From positions 32,001-96,000 of IMG/VR virus record IMGVR_UViG_3300013286_000725: a DNA stretch of 64,000 nucleotides, one strand, 5' to 3'. Source of the stretch: a virus. Shown piece by piece: positions 49,101 to 57,172 of this stretch. The position numbers were made by a program, and so were the translations under genes. The notes beneath the pieces were generated by a model. The model had not been told where the DNA came from and searched no databases. It saw only the letters and a program-made list of their open reading frames with translations. Numbering within the stretch: the stretch's first letter is position 1; every line of letters starts with the position of its first letter.

Positions 49101-52100
49101 GCTAGTACTTAACACAGTGCTAGGCAGTTCAATGTCGGCCAATCTAATTCTTAAACCTGTTTTACTGTAAACAAATTGTCCTGCTAGATTTTTTACAATT
49201 CTACTACGATCAAAACAAGTGCCTAGTACTTTGTTTGGTTTTAATAAAAGAGCAGTTTGCATCAGTGCAAATGGATAATATGACGATTTACGCCATGCCG
49301 ATTCAACTGGGCTGTAATCCCCAAATACATAATTGCTAGAAATTGCAGTGCTAAAATAACCATCAATAAAATTTGTATCTAATGGATTTAACAGATTGCC
49401 TTGTTCGTCAACAGGGAGACCGTTGTTTAAAATAGTTCGTATGAATCTTGCATCCTGGCGGACTACTTTATTTGGTTCTCTAATAATACCGTTTTGTATG
49501 TCTTCCCATAATAATAGGTTGCCGCTTGTATAAGGTGCCGGCCCATATACTTTAGTCCACCACTTAGGTTCTTCGCTAAACCCTAGCGTTTCCCAAGGAG
49601 TAACATTTGGCCTATCAGTATCTAGAAACCATTTATAAATACCTCTCCAATAAGCAGGAATATTAGTGCCACGAGGACTATAGCTGCTAGCATAATTAAA
49701 AGTAAACGGGTCACTTCCGTTATAATCAGTTTGCTTAGTATAATCTTGTGCTATTAGTTGTGTCCACTGATAAAAAAAGATGGCTAGGACTTGTTCAAAT
49801 TCTTTCTTTGAGTAATTTGTAGTTCTATCATATCCAGGAATAAATTCATAGATATCAAAAATATCAGAGTCGTAGTTGACTTTGATATTATTGTAAATTC
49901 TTTTTTCTAATTCTAATAATAGGTCATCTCTGAAATCGTTAAATGCAATAGTGATACTACCGTCGTGCCCTTGTATAACTTTCCGTGGAGTCCTATAGGT
50001 ATTGTCAACATAAATCTTAGGCTCAAATTTAGGATATAATCCTAATTTAGTTGGTGTTGCGGGACAAAAACTGCCATCTGTCGAATGATATTCGTAGGCT
50101 TCAATTATTCCGCCTTCGGTCAACTCAATATGTAATTCAAAGAAAACATCTGAACCAAAGGTATAATCTTTGCCGTGTAATAACTGCATACCGTTATAAT
50201 ATATATTGACTGTTTGATTGCTCAACTTAGTGAGATCAAATGTTTCAGTTAACGGATATTTTTTAATTCGTGCATCTAGTACTATATATTCTGATCGGAC
50301 AGACCCGCTGTATGCAAACATGTCAGACAGGTAGTAAGATTGAGTTTTAGGAATGTTCGCAGTGACTATTGACAATACATGATCAACATGCTGTTTAACT
50401 TCTGTGTCAATACCCGATTCGTTTGCGGCAATTAAGAACGCTCGTTTAAACTTAGCATAATCATCTTTTGCAGTACTTAATGCTTTAAATACATTTGCTT
50501 GTTGATTGCCTAAGTGGTATAGACTTAGATTAACTGATCCGCTGTGTTGAACAAACTTTGTTCCGTATGGGGTTAAATCTCCTAAGTCTCTTAGATTACT
50601 GTTTCCAGGGTAAGCGCCGACGAATCCAGTAATGTTATCAATGATTGAATCAACATGATTAATAACTTCACCTAAGGTAAAATTAATTAAATTATCATTC
50701 AAAGGATTGTTTTGTAAATTAATTGGAATTTCATAATAACCGTTTTGATTTTTAGAACTAGCACTAAAACATTTTAAAGTGACAACATCTGTTAAAGTAA
50801 CATCGGTGTTTAGACGAATTAATTTTATCGATGCTGTTGTAACAATTGAAAACTTGTTTTGGTCTAGACGATGCCCATTAACATACACACGAATTACTAG
50901 ATCCGTTAGGGTGTTTACATTATTATAAACATCAACAGGAAAATTGTTTATTAAATTACTTTGTTTAAAAATTCTTACCACAGGCTGTATACGATCAACC
51001 AGTGATTTTTTCCAACCATTTACATAGTTAAAAGTTATAAGATTTGTGATTAATTTTAAAAATCCAGTATTTGTATTTTTAATACTAACCTGTGTGTTGG
51101 TTTTGTATTCAAAACTGTCATTTAACAAATCAAAAGTAAACGAAATGTCTCCAACATTATTAATATTCTGATACGACAGCGCAAATCCCAGTTCAGTATC
51201 AATCAAAGAAGATAAACTAGGTTTATAAGAAAATAATTTGGTTCCTACAAATTTTGATCCAGGGTATACCGTAGTGTCACCATAGCTGATACCATTAGTG
51301 TCTACCACATCAAATAGAGGAAATTGATTAACTTTGAGTTTAACAGGCCCTAATTTCCAGGCTGTGCCGTCAAACCAATACATATTTCCTTGGTTTGTAG
51401 TACCTTGTCTAACTAATACAGTCTCATTTAGTTTTGGTGTTGCGTCAGCTTCTTCAACCAAGTTGATTTGTCTTAGTTGACCCGTTTGATCTGAGAGTTG
51501 ATGAGTCCCTGCTCCTATTTTTAACAAATCAACTGGTGCAGTTAATGACTTGTTAAGATATAATTTGATTGCAGTGTTGCTGATAACATATACATAGTAA
51601 CTCTTACGGTTCAGTAATCCAGAAATATCACTATTGGCATTATTTAAATAGATAACTTGTGTTCCTGTTACAAATCCGTGCGGTGAGCCGACTGAAAAAT
51701 TAATTATATTTTTATCTATATCAATTTGGCTTGCATCAAATTCAGAAATTTTTGCAGGATCTTGTATGGTTAAAAAATTGACCTTGTAAATTTTATTTTT
51801 AACTCTACCGTCAGTGTCTGCAGAAAATAACACACGCATGCCGTTAGTCAAAGGAACACCGTCAACAAGGTAGCCTAAACTTCCTTCAACACCGCTAAAG
51901 GCATCAGTAGTAACAGTATCAATTACATCAATGTCTGTCTTACACTGATGCCCAAAATTAAATAATTTTAATCCTGCTTGGAATTCAATAATAGGTCTTT
52001 TTGCCCTTGCTGCCTGATCAAATTCAGGAACTTGCCCTGTTGCAGATGCAATTGCAGTGATTACAGACTGATGGAACCATCGATTATATCGACTCCACGG

Positions 52101-53261
52101 ATTCTTATCTGGACTGCCTCTAGCAATGGTGATATAATCTTTAGTATTGGCTGCGCTAGCAGATGAACTGAACGGTTCCTGATCAAAAGGGGTACTATCA
52201 AACAGTGTAGAAGTTTCAGAACTATAAGCAGAAACAATCTCTGTATCTGCTTCAGAAATTAATCTTATAGATGACCCAACACCTTCTACATACCAATAAC
52301 CGTTAGAATATTTTTCAGGTGTTACTTTTCCAATGAAATCTAATTTCATTCCATTAGTTAAAGGAGTGCCGTTACCTAATGTATATTTTTGTTTGTTTAA
52401 AATATCAGTTTCAACATTTAAATAACTGTTGTTGTCAATATCTAGTATATGGAACGCTCCCCCAGTGTCGGCATCTGTTTCACTTACATAAAATAACACA
52501 CTAGGAGCAGTATGTGGGACTGTAAAAATAATCTGTCCTTGAGAAATACTATTGTTTATCAGTCCGTCGTTGACAAATCTATTAAGAGTGTCTGCCGACC
52601 TGATGGTCTTAATGCTGAACGGATTGTTAGGACTTGTTATATTAAATCTATAAGTTTGTCCTCTATACAATGTTATTGTTGGGTTAGGTGTTAGGCCATC
52701 ATTACTAAAAGTATATGCATAATTGCCGCCTTGATCTACTAGATTAACAGTATAGGTACTGTCAATAGCAATCTGTTGCCCTGCAACTATTATAGGGGTT
52801 GGGCCAAATGGTAACCAATAGTACTGTTGAAAGTTAACAAACTTATCCCAATCAATATGCGGATCCCAACTATAGAACTCTTGCTTATTTAGGCGTTCAT
52901 GATTAGATACATTGCCGCCAAAGGTGTCAATGTTGTTAATATGATCAATATAGTCTTTATAGAAAGTAACATTTCCGATATAATCTTTTATAACAGCCGC
53001 AGGTTCTAATTGATAATTTTGTCTCGTTTGATCGCTAGCTGCTAAGAAGACATCGTTGCCATTTGTAGATTTGGCATTTTGTCTACCAATAAATCCGTCA
53101 ATTTTTTTAACAGTTCCAGGCTGTGTTAGTTGATTTAATGTTGCCTGTAAAAACTTTTTATTACTGTCAGTTCTATAATATGTAGGAAGTAAGCTGGCAG
53201 AAAATCTAGCATTGTTGCCCGGAATAGGAAGACCGTATTCGCCTTGGTTGTCAGTTGTCAT
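40179..53261 (-). CDS. giant baseplate/tail protein (4360 aa), possibly gp7-like
   Basis: Follows the gp6-like gene; VNEVKPYRTK motif; FG-GAP repeats; CBM5/12-like W-x4-Y-x2-G modules. Confidence 0.75.
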   Translation of the reverse strand: MTTDNQGEYGLPIPGNNARFSASLLPTYYRTDSNKKFLQATLNQLTQPGTVKKIDGFIGRQNAKSTNGNDVFLAASDQTRQNYQLEPAAVIKDYIGNVTFYKDYIDHINNIDTFGGNVSNHERLNKQEFYSWDPHIDWDKFVNFQQYYWLPFGPTPIIVAGQQIAIDSTYTVNLVDQGGNYAYTFSNDGLTPNPTITLYRGQTYRFNITSPNNPFSIKTIRSADTLNRFVNDGLINNSISQGQIIFTVPHTAPSVLFYVSETDADTGGAFHILDIDNNSYLNVETDILNKQKYTLGNGTPLTNGMKLDFIGKVTPEKYSNGYWYVEGVGSSIRLISEADTEIVSAYSSETSTLFDSTPFDQEPFSSSASAANTKDYITIARGSPDKNPWSRYNRWFHQSVITAIASATGQVPEFDQAARAKRPIIEFQAGLKLFNFGHQCKTDIDVIDTVTTDAFSGVEGSLGYLVDGVPLTNGMRVLFSADTDGRVKNKIYKVNFLTIQDPAKISEFDASQIDIDKNIINFSVGSPHGFVTGTQVIYLNNANSDISGLLNRKSYYVYVISNTAIKLYLNKSLTAPVDLLKIGAGTHQLSDQTGQLRQINLVEEADATPKLNETVLVRQGTTNQGNMYWFDGTAWKLGPVKLKVNQFPLFDVVDTNGISYGDTTVYPGSKFVGTKLFSYKPSLSSLIDTELGFALSYQNINNVGDISFTFDLLNDSFEYKTNTQVSIKNTNTGFLKLITNLITFNYVNGWKKSLVDRIQPVVRIFKQSNLINNFPVDVYNNVNTLTDLVIRVYVNGHRLDQNKFSIVTTASIKLIRLNTDVTLTDVVTLKCFSASSKNQNGYYEIPINLQNNPLNDNLINFTLGEVINHVDSIIDNITGFVGAYPGNSNLRDLGDLTPYGTKFVQHSGSVNLSLYHLGNQQANVFKALSTAKDDYAKFKRAFLIAANESGIDTEVKQHVDHVLSIVTANIPKTQSYYLSDMFAYSGSVRSEYIVLDARIKKYPLTETFDLTKLSNQTVNIYYNGMQLLHGKDYTFGSDVFFELHIELTEGGIIEAYEYHSTDGSFCPATPTKLGLYPKFEPKIYVDNTYRTPRKVIQGHDGSITIAFNDFRDDLLLELEKRIYNNIKVNYDSDIFDIYEFIPGYDRTTNYSKKEFEQVLAIFFYQWTQLIAQDYTKQTDYNGSDPFTFNYASSYSPRGTNIPAYWRGIYKWFLDTDRPNVTPWETLGFSEEPKWWTKVYGPAPYTSGNLLLWEDIQNGIIREPNKVVRQDARFIRTILNNGLPVDEQGNLLNPLDTNFIDGYFSTAISSNYVFGDYSPVESAWRKSSYYPFALMQTALLLKPNKVLGTCFDRSRIVKNLAGQFVYSKTGLRIRLADIELPSTVLSTSRVFTAGLVNYIVDYMSGETTTLVDQYMADLQSLTNQLGSKLGGFTSKPKFNLLLDSKNPASTGGVFVPQENYNIFLNTSSPVQKLIYSGVIITKGADGTSFEISGYTNEHPYFKYYSYQLEGQLTNIAGLSESYVTWSENQYYLVGTVVRYGSAYYRVTSTHTSLTAFNTGLFAKLSGLPNTGGVDFYIRDTWDKTTENVLSYGAQLSSIQSVVDFLLGYGEYLKDQGFTFDNFNNNLTTVNNWTNAANEFVFWTTQGWAGGTVLSLSPAASQLTLITEFTTVNDINDAFYGYHIFRVDGQMLDLHLTNIYRNDSGFVLASSNTQHGIYGAVIFLVQKEHVLLLDNRTMFNDVIYNLEPGYRQEKVKVLGYITKNWNGSFNIPGFIFDQAKISDWAPYTDYHLGDIVKYKSFYYSATVSLPGANKFNDKQWVKLTKQPTPQLLPNWDYKVEQFTDFYNLNSGNFDVQQQKFAQHLIGYQPRQYLANIIQDDVSQYKFYQGMIIEKGTQNVLNKLFDVLSTDHMESLTFNEEWAVRVGEYGAVDTFDEIEFILDETEFKINPQPFELVNRVDPALLDFVYRQIPTDVYIKPVGYNNNPWPVSNKDGYLRTPGYVRYDDVNYSIDSLTGLKNNIFSQNITAFNDGDYVWCAFESANWNVYRFTRNDFKILDVTYSNEVLSIVCNRIPNVSQGDIIGIKNTKALNRFYRIDSITNATININATVEGFTHTEFLVKDLSQITSYKFIKSRVDSIDNANTVLPKSIKLNELLWADNNGLGQWTVYKNNPVYNENLVTNLSPSTGLNYGKKIAVSLNGNTIAVADNNKISLSSKNIDGTWDNYTNIITTIATGDIAFSPDSNILAYSNPTTNTVTIISIGSVSFNITTVLTPPNNILANDQFGSKLAFSQYSVGAATTYMLAVSSVGYNSSQGQVDIYTSSNTTWTHTQTLSAVTFAGDQFGYSVSATKTGDILVVGAPGSDQNSFAGLQGEYQFGTLYTANQVVVNAGNYFKALHTTTDAPPNANWTLLSNQNYPNTGRIFLYQYDGASYSLMSTIGGQQVPTIDDGDRFGESVSLSTTGAYLAVGSPLSSLTSVSDGKVNIFNKLIDSNFTYDLLQTISSPKDEENEHYGAFVSFIDSSNSLVVLSANGNISNDTMFDTGMTTFDSKSLKFIDRLIQSGRVDIFDRYNTKFIYAESFSGIVSNDALPISTRYGMSVAVGNNTVIVGAPQEEDKVVVNSGLVYSYTKNAGSKTWSVYHKQIDRINLDKIKKVFLYNKKSNQIVTYLDIVEPIQGHIPGVADQEIRYKTYYDPAVYSYTDKTVSGANIDNGANWLADKVGVLWWDLTRAKFIENVDGDIVYRSTNWNKLYNSASIDVYEWVSSRLKPSQWDARADTEAGLAVNISGKSLYGDAVYSTSQRYDSVSEVLITTYYFWVRNKQIVPNALGRSLSAAEVSSLITDPTAYGYSCLALTGTNSFNLVNCKKYLKSTDIALHVEYWTVDNQELNLHTEWKIISEDIDTELPAQIETKWFHSLSGRDANDETVPNLSLPVKQRYGVQFRPRQGMFINRLEALKQFITRTNTVLAKVLISDSHDITSLSKYESAPSYITGKWDITISLGAELQYIGTSNLSQASATATVVKGVITEVSFTNKGFGYINAPFVTVTGTGNGAVIKTTLDNLGRINGYTILDGGEGYNTLTTSLSIRPYSVLVTSDAFVFDKWAILQWNAGTKSWARVKSQSYDVTKFWKYIDWYATGYNQFTKIDYIVDNTYFLSSLTSNIGDVVKVKNIGTGGWILLQKYSNTVTIDYTQNYTVVGRYNGTIEFSSSLYDYANTVLGFDDQLYDGATYDDFASIELNIILDTIKHKLLINELRLEYLKLFFASLRYVMYEQSFVDWAFKTSFVKARHNVGMLKQKVTYNNDNLKNFEDYVNEVKPYRTKIREYVSAYDSIDYAKHAVSDFDLLPVIDSTQQIHPIAVSVSDQGIVEYDSAVINTYPWKMWLENVGFKINSIKIVDGGSGYISEPVVKILDGYGQNAVAKAYIAGGKVNRIDLVNQGTGYLKAPQIVLAGGLGIRGVAARAVAIIESEVVRTSKLAIKFDRISKSYYSSTLLHTDIFTGTGSRLQFSLTWSPKTEITIYQRVTVDGIEVLKNEYSLSNTSTTANGTTKYFGILKLDSAPAKGAKIVVDYEKDFNHLSATDRINFYYNPAAGEIAKDLSQLMTGVDYAGVNISGLDFHIAGGWDNDAGWASDQWDSYTNNRASDSSITPDADSYDTSLDGGRFIGTVLSTAIGVNPDDINVDGDGFVTPMTSHAPEEVVPGQILDSLAIKVYTRPSSGNSTIFFKNYLADGVGATYSIAQKLLLNHSIIVKVGTTIIEAGDYQIDMNTNLVTLVNVPTANSVVSIISFGPSSTNLLDIDYFVSDGTTNEFVTRAPWLEDNLNATVLVDGVIVNYVLFKTDNTYASNNRTAIRFGTIPTNGSIVTYIINVNDSTSSIVKSQSIITNGTDYTYSLDNLTSSVLSTPGLLPYETNVLVRAGSTVLKPPTAFYHILADNQLEYTIPTYQFAPYNLAVTDIRVFVNGIKLNFGADFTVNSDTISVVLVPSSYINNAKLTIVVDANDDYRINDNGTITFKNLHAQDTAIDVTTFYNHSILDIKRTTDTMIPATTLVPDTSEYFEFTAKTGGKFKLADKVVAEDRVWVIKNNQLLTLNVDYIILSDYKTIQLTSTLVITDVIQVIAFNGIPIKENSFGFMQFKDILNRTHYKRLNAASSTTLREAVKQTSADIAVVDGSVLTTPNPTLNLPGVVFINGERIEYFYKLGNVISQLRRGTLGTGVPTIHAVNSLVQDVSSGETVPYTDSELVETFIADGTGTTVTPTFNIDNINEIEVFVGGYRLKKSAYTVYSETLGYPYSPAGDIILPPEFTVNNSIVSLRTPPAANTKIILVKKQGQLWGEMDQSLRNSNSIVANFVKKSTTIWPR

Positions 53262-56200
53262 TAGTAATTCCCGCTAGTGATGCTTTGACTATTAATAGTA
53301 GTCGATGTTGCTGATATTGCGCCCGTACTTTGTAGTTGGCTAGCTGTCACGGCTGTGATTATTTCTATATCGTTTATAGTTGCACCATTAATAAAAATTT
53401 GATCGCTTTCGCACGGTATTTCAAATAAACTTCCAAAAGACAAATTACCTTCTTTAGGAACAATTAAGAAGTTTACAATATTAGGTGTTAGAGAATTCAT
53501 CACATAAGTTAGTAATTCACTAAAATAAAAACTATCACCAAAGTCAAAATTATCTAATGCAAAAAATTGATTCAATGCGGATAGTACTCTAGTTTTAATA
53601 TCATTATCGCTCACAACAACATTTGAATTTTTTACTATTTTAAAAGTTGCCTGTACATCGCCAGATGCGAGATTTCCAAATAATATTTTATATTTGACGG
53701 GGTGGTATACTATTTCATCGCTTATAGATTTGATTAAATTCAAACTAGGACTTAATAAACTATACAAGTAGTCAGTACTCGGAGCCAACGGTTGATTAGG
53801 TATGGATCCTAGTAGCCATTGGCGATAATTTATGTCATATTGTTTGGTTAGTACAAAAATGTCCATGATGTTTGTTTTGCTAGGATCAATTCTTGACTCA
53901 TAACTTGCATTATGTATGTATTGAAATTTGATATCCCTTCGGCCAACATATACTTTGTAATCTTGAGATACTTGATAACCAGAAGTAGTATATATTTGAA
54001 CTGTTCCACTGTCAATAAAATAATAGTAGTTTCCTATTGTCGGAGTGATGCTGTCTTGGTTTAAAATAGTCACGGTTCTTTGACTATTATCAAATAATTT
54101 ATAATCATCTTTACCAGTATCTATAGAATACTTTGCCAAAACTACAAACTTGGTCAACGGATTGACCGTCGGTGCAACCAGCTGGTCAAAAATTGTAGGA
54201 TCGTCAACAATACCGTCGTCGTTGCTGTCGCTGAATGTAATTTCAATTTTCTTAGTGTCAACATATCCGTCAACACCCTTATAAGTATCAGTTATTTCCC
54301 ATTTGTAATCATAGGTCAATGGTGATGTTGAGTCAGGCTGTGTGTTGATGCTGAGTACTTTGATATTATCTTTTGCCACCGTGTTGCTTGTAATGTCATA
54401 AATTTTATGACTGGGATCAAAATAAAACCTAATCTGTTTGTCACTTTCAAAAACATAACGAGCCAATCTACTTTTTACAGTATAAAATTCAGAGTCAGTA
54501 GTAAACAATACCAGCCAGCTAGAATCTCTTTGTGTGTTAGTATTATCGCCGGAAGTATTTAAATCAAACGCTGAGCGAATATTCAAGTTTACTTCAGATA
54601 TGATTTTCCAAACAGTATTTTGACTATCGTATCTTAAACCAAATTGTTTATTTGAATAGATTAAATCTACCATAGTGGACACAGTGTTAGTAGTTAGGTT
54701 GGTTACCCAGGCAGGTATAATACCCGATAAAATTGCACCGGTTGGTACTGTGTTGTTTATTAGAATAGGAGTGGTTACACTAGAGCTAGGTATACCATTT
54801 CCATTAATTGATACAACCTGCGCCCACAAAACAGAACTTGTGTTAGCTGTAGGAGAATTAACTAGGGCATTTTTATTTGATTTATCAAAATATTGTTGTA
54901 CACGATCAATAATTGGGGCCTTAAACTGTAGTAGACTATTTGGTGTTATCAAAGTTAAGTCACCGGACCCGGTATTTGATCCAACTGTTTGGGCTTGTAT
55001 CCCGTTGAGGATATAGCCAACTGATTGATTTGTATCTTTTGATATTTGATTCCATAGATTATCAGTGGTAAGATTTGTTTTATTAAATTTGGTATAATAA
55101 AAATCTCTTAATTGCTTAGAAGATAATGCACTGATAACTTGATTGTATATTACACTTTGAATGTCTGTCTTTGTTTTATAACTAAATCTAAAAGTATCTG
55201 TATATTCTTGTTTGTATAGTGCGCCATCATCAGCAAATAGATTTGTTTTACTATATTTTCCAGTAGGATCTACTAGATCAAAGTAACGACTTATTCCGCT
55301 TGAACTACGATTAACTGATTTAATCTTGACAATTTCTTGATTAACCGATAGTGGTGCCACATTATAATCTTCGCCTGTTATCATACGATTTTGTGTATAA
55401 TAATTAGACGGAGCGTTATTTTTAATATGTGTATTTGTTTCTGTTGAGGCACTGTTAGCCACAGAGGACATTAAATTAAGACCAATAGTTAGTGTTTCAA
55501 TCTGTCCCACATTGGATGCATATGGTATTTGTACCGTTACATTGCGGATATCGGCAGGATTGATAGTATAACTAATACCGTTACTAGTTCTATAGTAGAC
55601 TCTAAAGTTACCTAATGGTAAGTTGCCAAATGTACCGTCGCTGAAGCCAAGACTAATCCTATCGTTTGATCGTGTAATCACTTCGTAAATATTTTTAATA
55701 CTTTTGTTTAAGCTATTATAGATAATGTTATTGCCCTTAGTGCTAGGAACCTGTGCCCAGTACTCATTTTCAATACCGTTTTGATCTAGTCTATACAACC
55801 AAACATCGGTATTATTAACATTTATAGCTTCTAAATCAATTATTTCATTAGTTGCAGGTTGACTAACTGTAAATGTTCCTTGATTTAAAATTCCCTGACG
55901 AAAATGTACAAAGAATCCTTTGTTGGCGCTGCTGTTGCCGCGGCCGTCGTCACGATATAAGAATGATAACCTGTTGCCGATTAGCGGAGGTTCTTCATAA
56001 ATGTCTGTAGAATTAATAATCGTTGACACAATTTCAAAATTCATATTACGACCATCGATGGCTTTGCTAAATTCATATACTGGAATGCCTGTATTAGATG
56101 CCTGGAATCTATATTGTTCTGTTTTAATGCCGTCGATGGTACTGCTAGCATCTGGATTTCCAAACTGTCTTGTGGCGGGGATAGCAGCATTGATAATTTT

Positions 56201-56671
56201 AATAAACTGATCGTACCAATTAGAGTTAGCAGTATCGTTCCAACCAATAACTTGATTTGCCAGGTTGCGATTGTTACTATCATAGATTGTTTGTGTGGTT
56301 TGGATTGAAGAAAATTTCAATAAACCTGATGATGTTATATTTCTTTTAGGCTTATAGCTTAGTAAATTTGCAAAACGGAGCACACTTTCTCTACGCTCTG
56401 CTAGCTCCAAAAAGTTATCCCTGGCATTAAGATCTGCGCGAAATGCAATACTTTGTCCCAAAAACGCAATAACATCGATCAGCGCAAGATATTCGCTAGA
56501 TTCAATGTAATCATTAAAGTCTTCGGGGTAATTTTCTCTAATATATTGAATCATTACTCTGCGTAAATTTTCAAAATCATAGCTTTGAAAATCAGCATTA
56601 GTGAATGTTTGATATATTCTTTTCCAGTCTTGTGAGACTAATAATCTATTTTGTCTATCTGTAGATGACAT
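53261..56671 (-). CDS. baseplate wedge subunit (T4 gp6-like)
   Basis: YDFENLR...FNDY..SS; AERRESV...LSYKPKR; QNRMITGEDY. Confidence 0.85.
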   Translation of the reverse strand: MSSTDRQNRLLVSQDWKRIYQTFTNADFQSYDFENLRRVMIQYIRENYPEDFNDYIESSEYLALIDVIAFLGQSIAFRADLNARDNFLELAERRESVLRFANLLSYKPKRNITSSGLLKFSSIQTTQTIYDSNNRNLANQVIGWNDTANSNWYDQFIKIINAAIPATRQFGNPDASSTIDGIKTEQYRFQASNTGIPVYEFSKAIDGRNMNFEIVSTIINSTDIYEEPPLIGNRLSFLYRDDGRGNSSANKGFFVHFRQGILNQGTFTVSQPATNEIIDLEAINVNNTDVWLYRLDQNGIENEYWAQVPSTKGNNIIYNSLNKSIKNIYEVITRSNDRISLGFSDGTFGNLPLGNFRVYYRTSNGISYTINPADIRNVTVQIPYASNVGQIETLTIGLNLMSSVANSASTETNTHIKNNAPSNYYTQNRMITGEDYNVAPLSVNQEIVKIKSVNRSSSGISRYFDLVDPTGKYSKTNLFADDGALYKQEYTDTFRFSYKTKTDIQSVIYNQVISALSSKQLRDFYYTKFNKTNLTTDNLWNQISKDTNQSVGYILNGIQAQTVGSNTGSGDLTLITPNSLLQFKAPIIDRVQQYFDKSNKNALVNSPTANTSSVLWAQVVSINGNGIPSSSVTTPILINNTVPTGAILSGIIPAWVTNLTTNTVSTMVDLIYSNKQFGLRYDSQNTVWKIISEVNLNIRSAFDLNTSGDNTNTQRDSSWLVLFTTDSEFYTVKSRLARYVFESDKQIRFYFDPSHKIYDITSNTVAKDNIKVLSINTQPDSTSPLTYDYKWEITDTYKGVDGYVDTKKIEITFSDSNDDGIVDDPTIFDQLVAPTVNPLTKFVVLAKYSIDTGKDDYKLFDNSQRTVTILNQDSITPTIGNYYYFIDSGTVQIYTTSGYQVSQDYKVYVGRRDIKFQYIHNASYESRIDPSKTNIMDIFVLTKQYDINYRQWLLGSIPNQPLAPSTDYLYSLLSPSLNLIKSISDEIVYHPVKYKILFGNLASGDVQATFKIVKNSNVVVSDNDIKTRVLSALNQFFALDNFDFGDSFYFSELLTYVMNSLTPNIVNFLIVPKEGNLSFGSLFEIPCESDQIFINGATINDIEIITAVTASQLQSTGAISATSTTINSQSITSGNY

Positions 56672-56692
56672 ACGCTATTCCCATTTATATGA

Positions 56693-56698
56693 TATTTA
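56693..56698 (-). promoter_or_regulatory. late promoter (TAAATA)
   Basis: Upstream of the gp6-like ATG 56671. Confidence 0.55.
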
Positions 56699-56720
56699 GC
56701 GTAGTTTATTAAGTGAGTGT

Positions 56721-57164
56721 TTAATTTGTTAGACCGTTTTGCTGATCAAATCGTAGCTGTATGGCTTCTTGTATATAGTAGGGAAGGTAAGTCAAAGTGC
56801 ATTCTATTTGCAGCCCGCTTTCATATTGAGTTATAATCACTTGCTTTGCAGTCACACGGGGATCATAGTTGATAATTTCTTCAACATTTTGTTTTATTAG
56901 TATTTTAAGCTGTTCAGTAAGTGGCTCGTAGAGCATATCCCATATAATAGTTCCAAATGTAGGGTTCATTAATCGCTCACCCTGACGAATATTAAAATGA
57001 TTTAGGATATCCTGTTTGATTAAAGCATAATCATAAAGAGCAAACTTTTGCGTGTCAGGACTTATAGTACTAAAACCTTTGTAAGTCTTAGAGCCAGGGG
57101 CATCCTGGTGGGTGGCCCTACTAGGAATAGTGATATTATCATATAATTTTGGTATAGTATTCAT
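56721..57164 (-). CDS. baseplate wedge subunit (gp25-like)
   Basis: RQGERLMNPTFGT...LYEP...YDPRV signature. Confidence 0.9.
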   Translation of the reverse strand: MNTIPKLYDNITIPSRATHQDAPGSKTYKGFSTISPDTQKFALYDYALIKQDILNHFNIRQGERLMNPTFGTIIWDMLYEPLTEQLKILIKQNVEEIINYDPRVTAKQVIITQYESGLQIECTLTYLPYYIQEAIQLRFDQQNGLTN

Positions 57165-57172
57165 AATATTAT

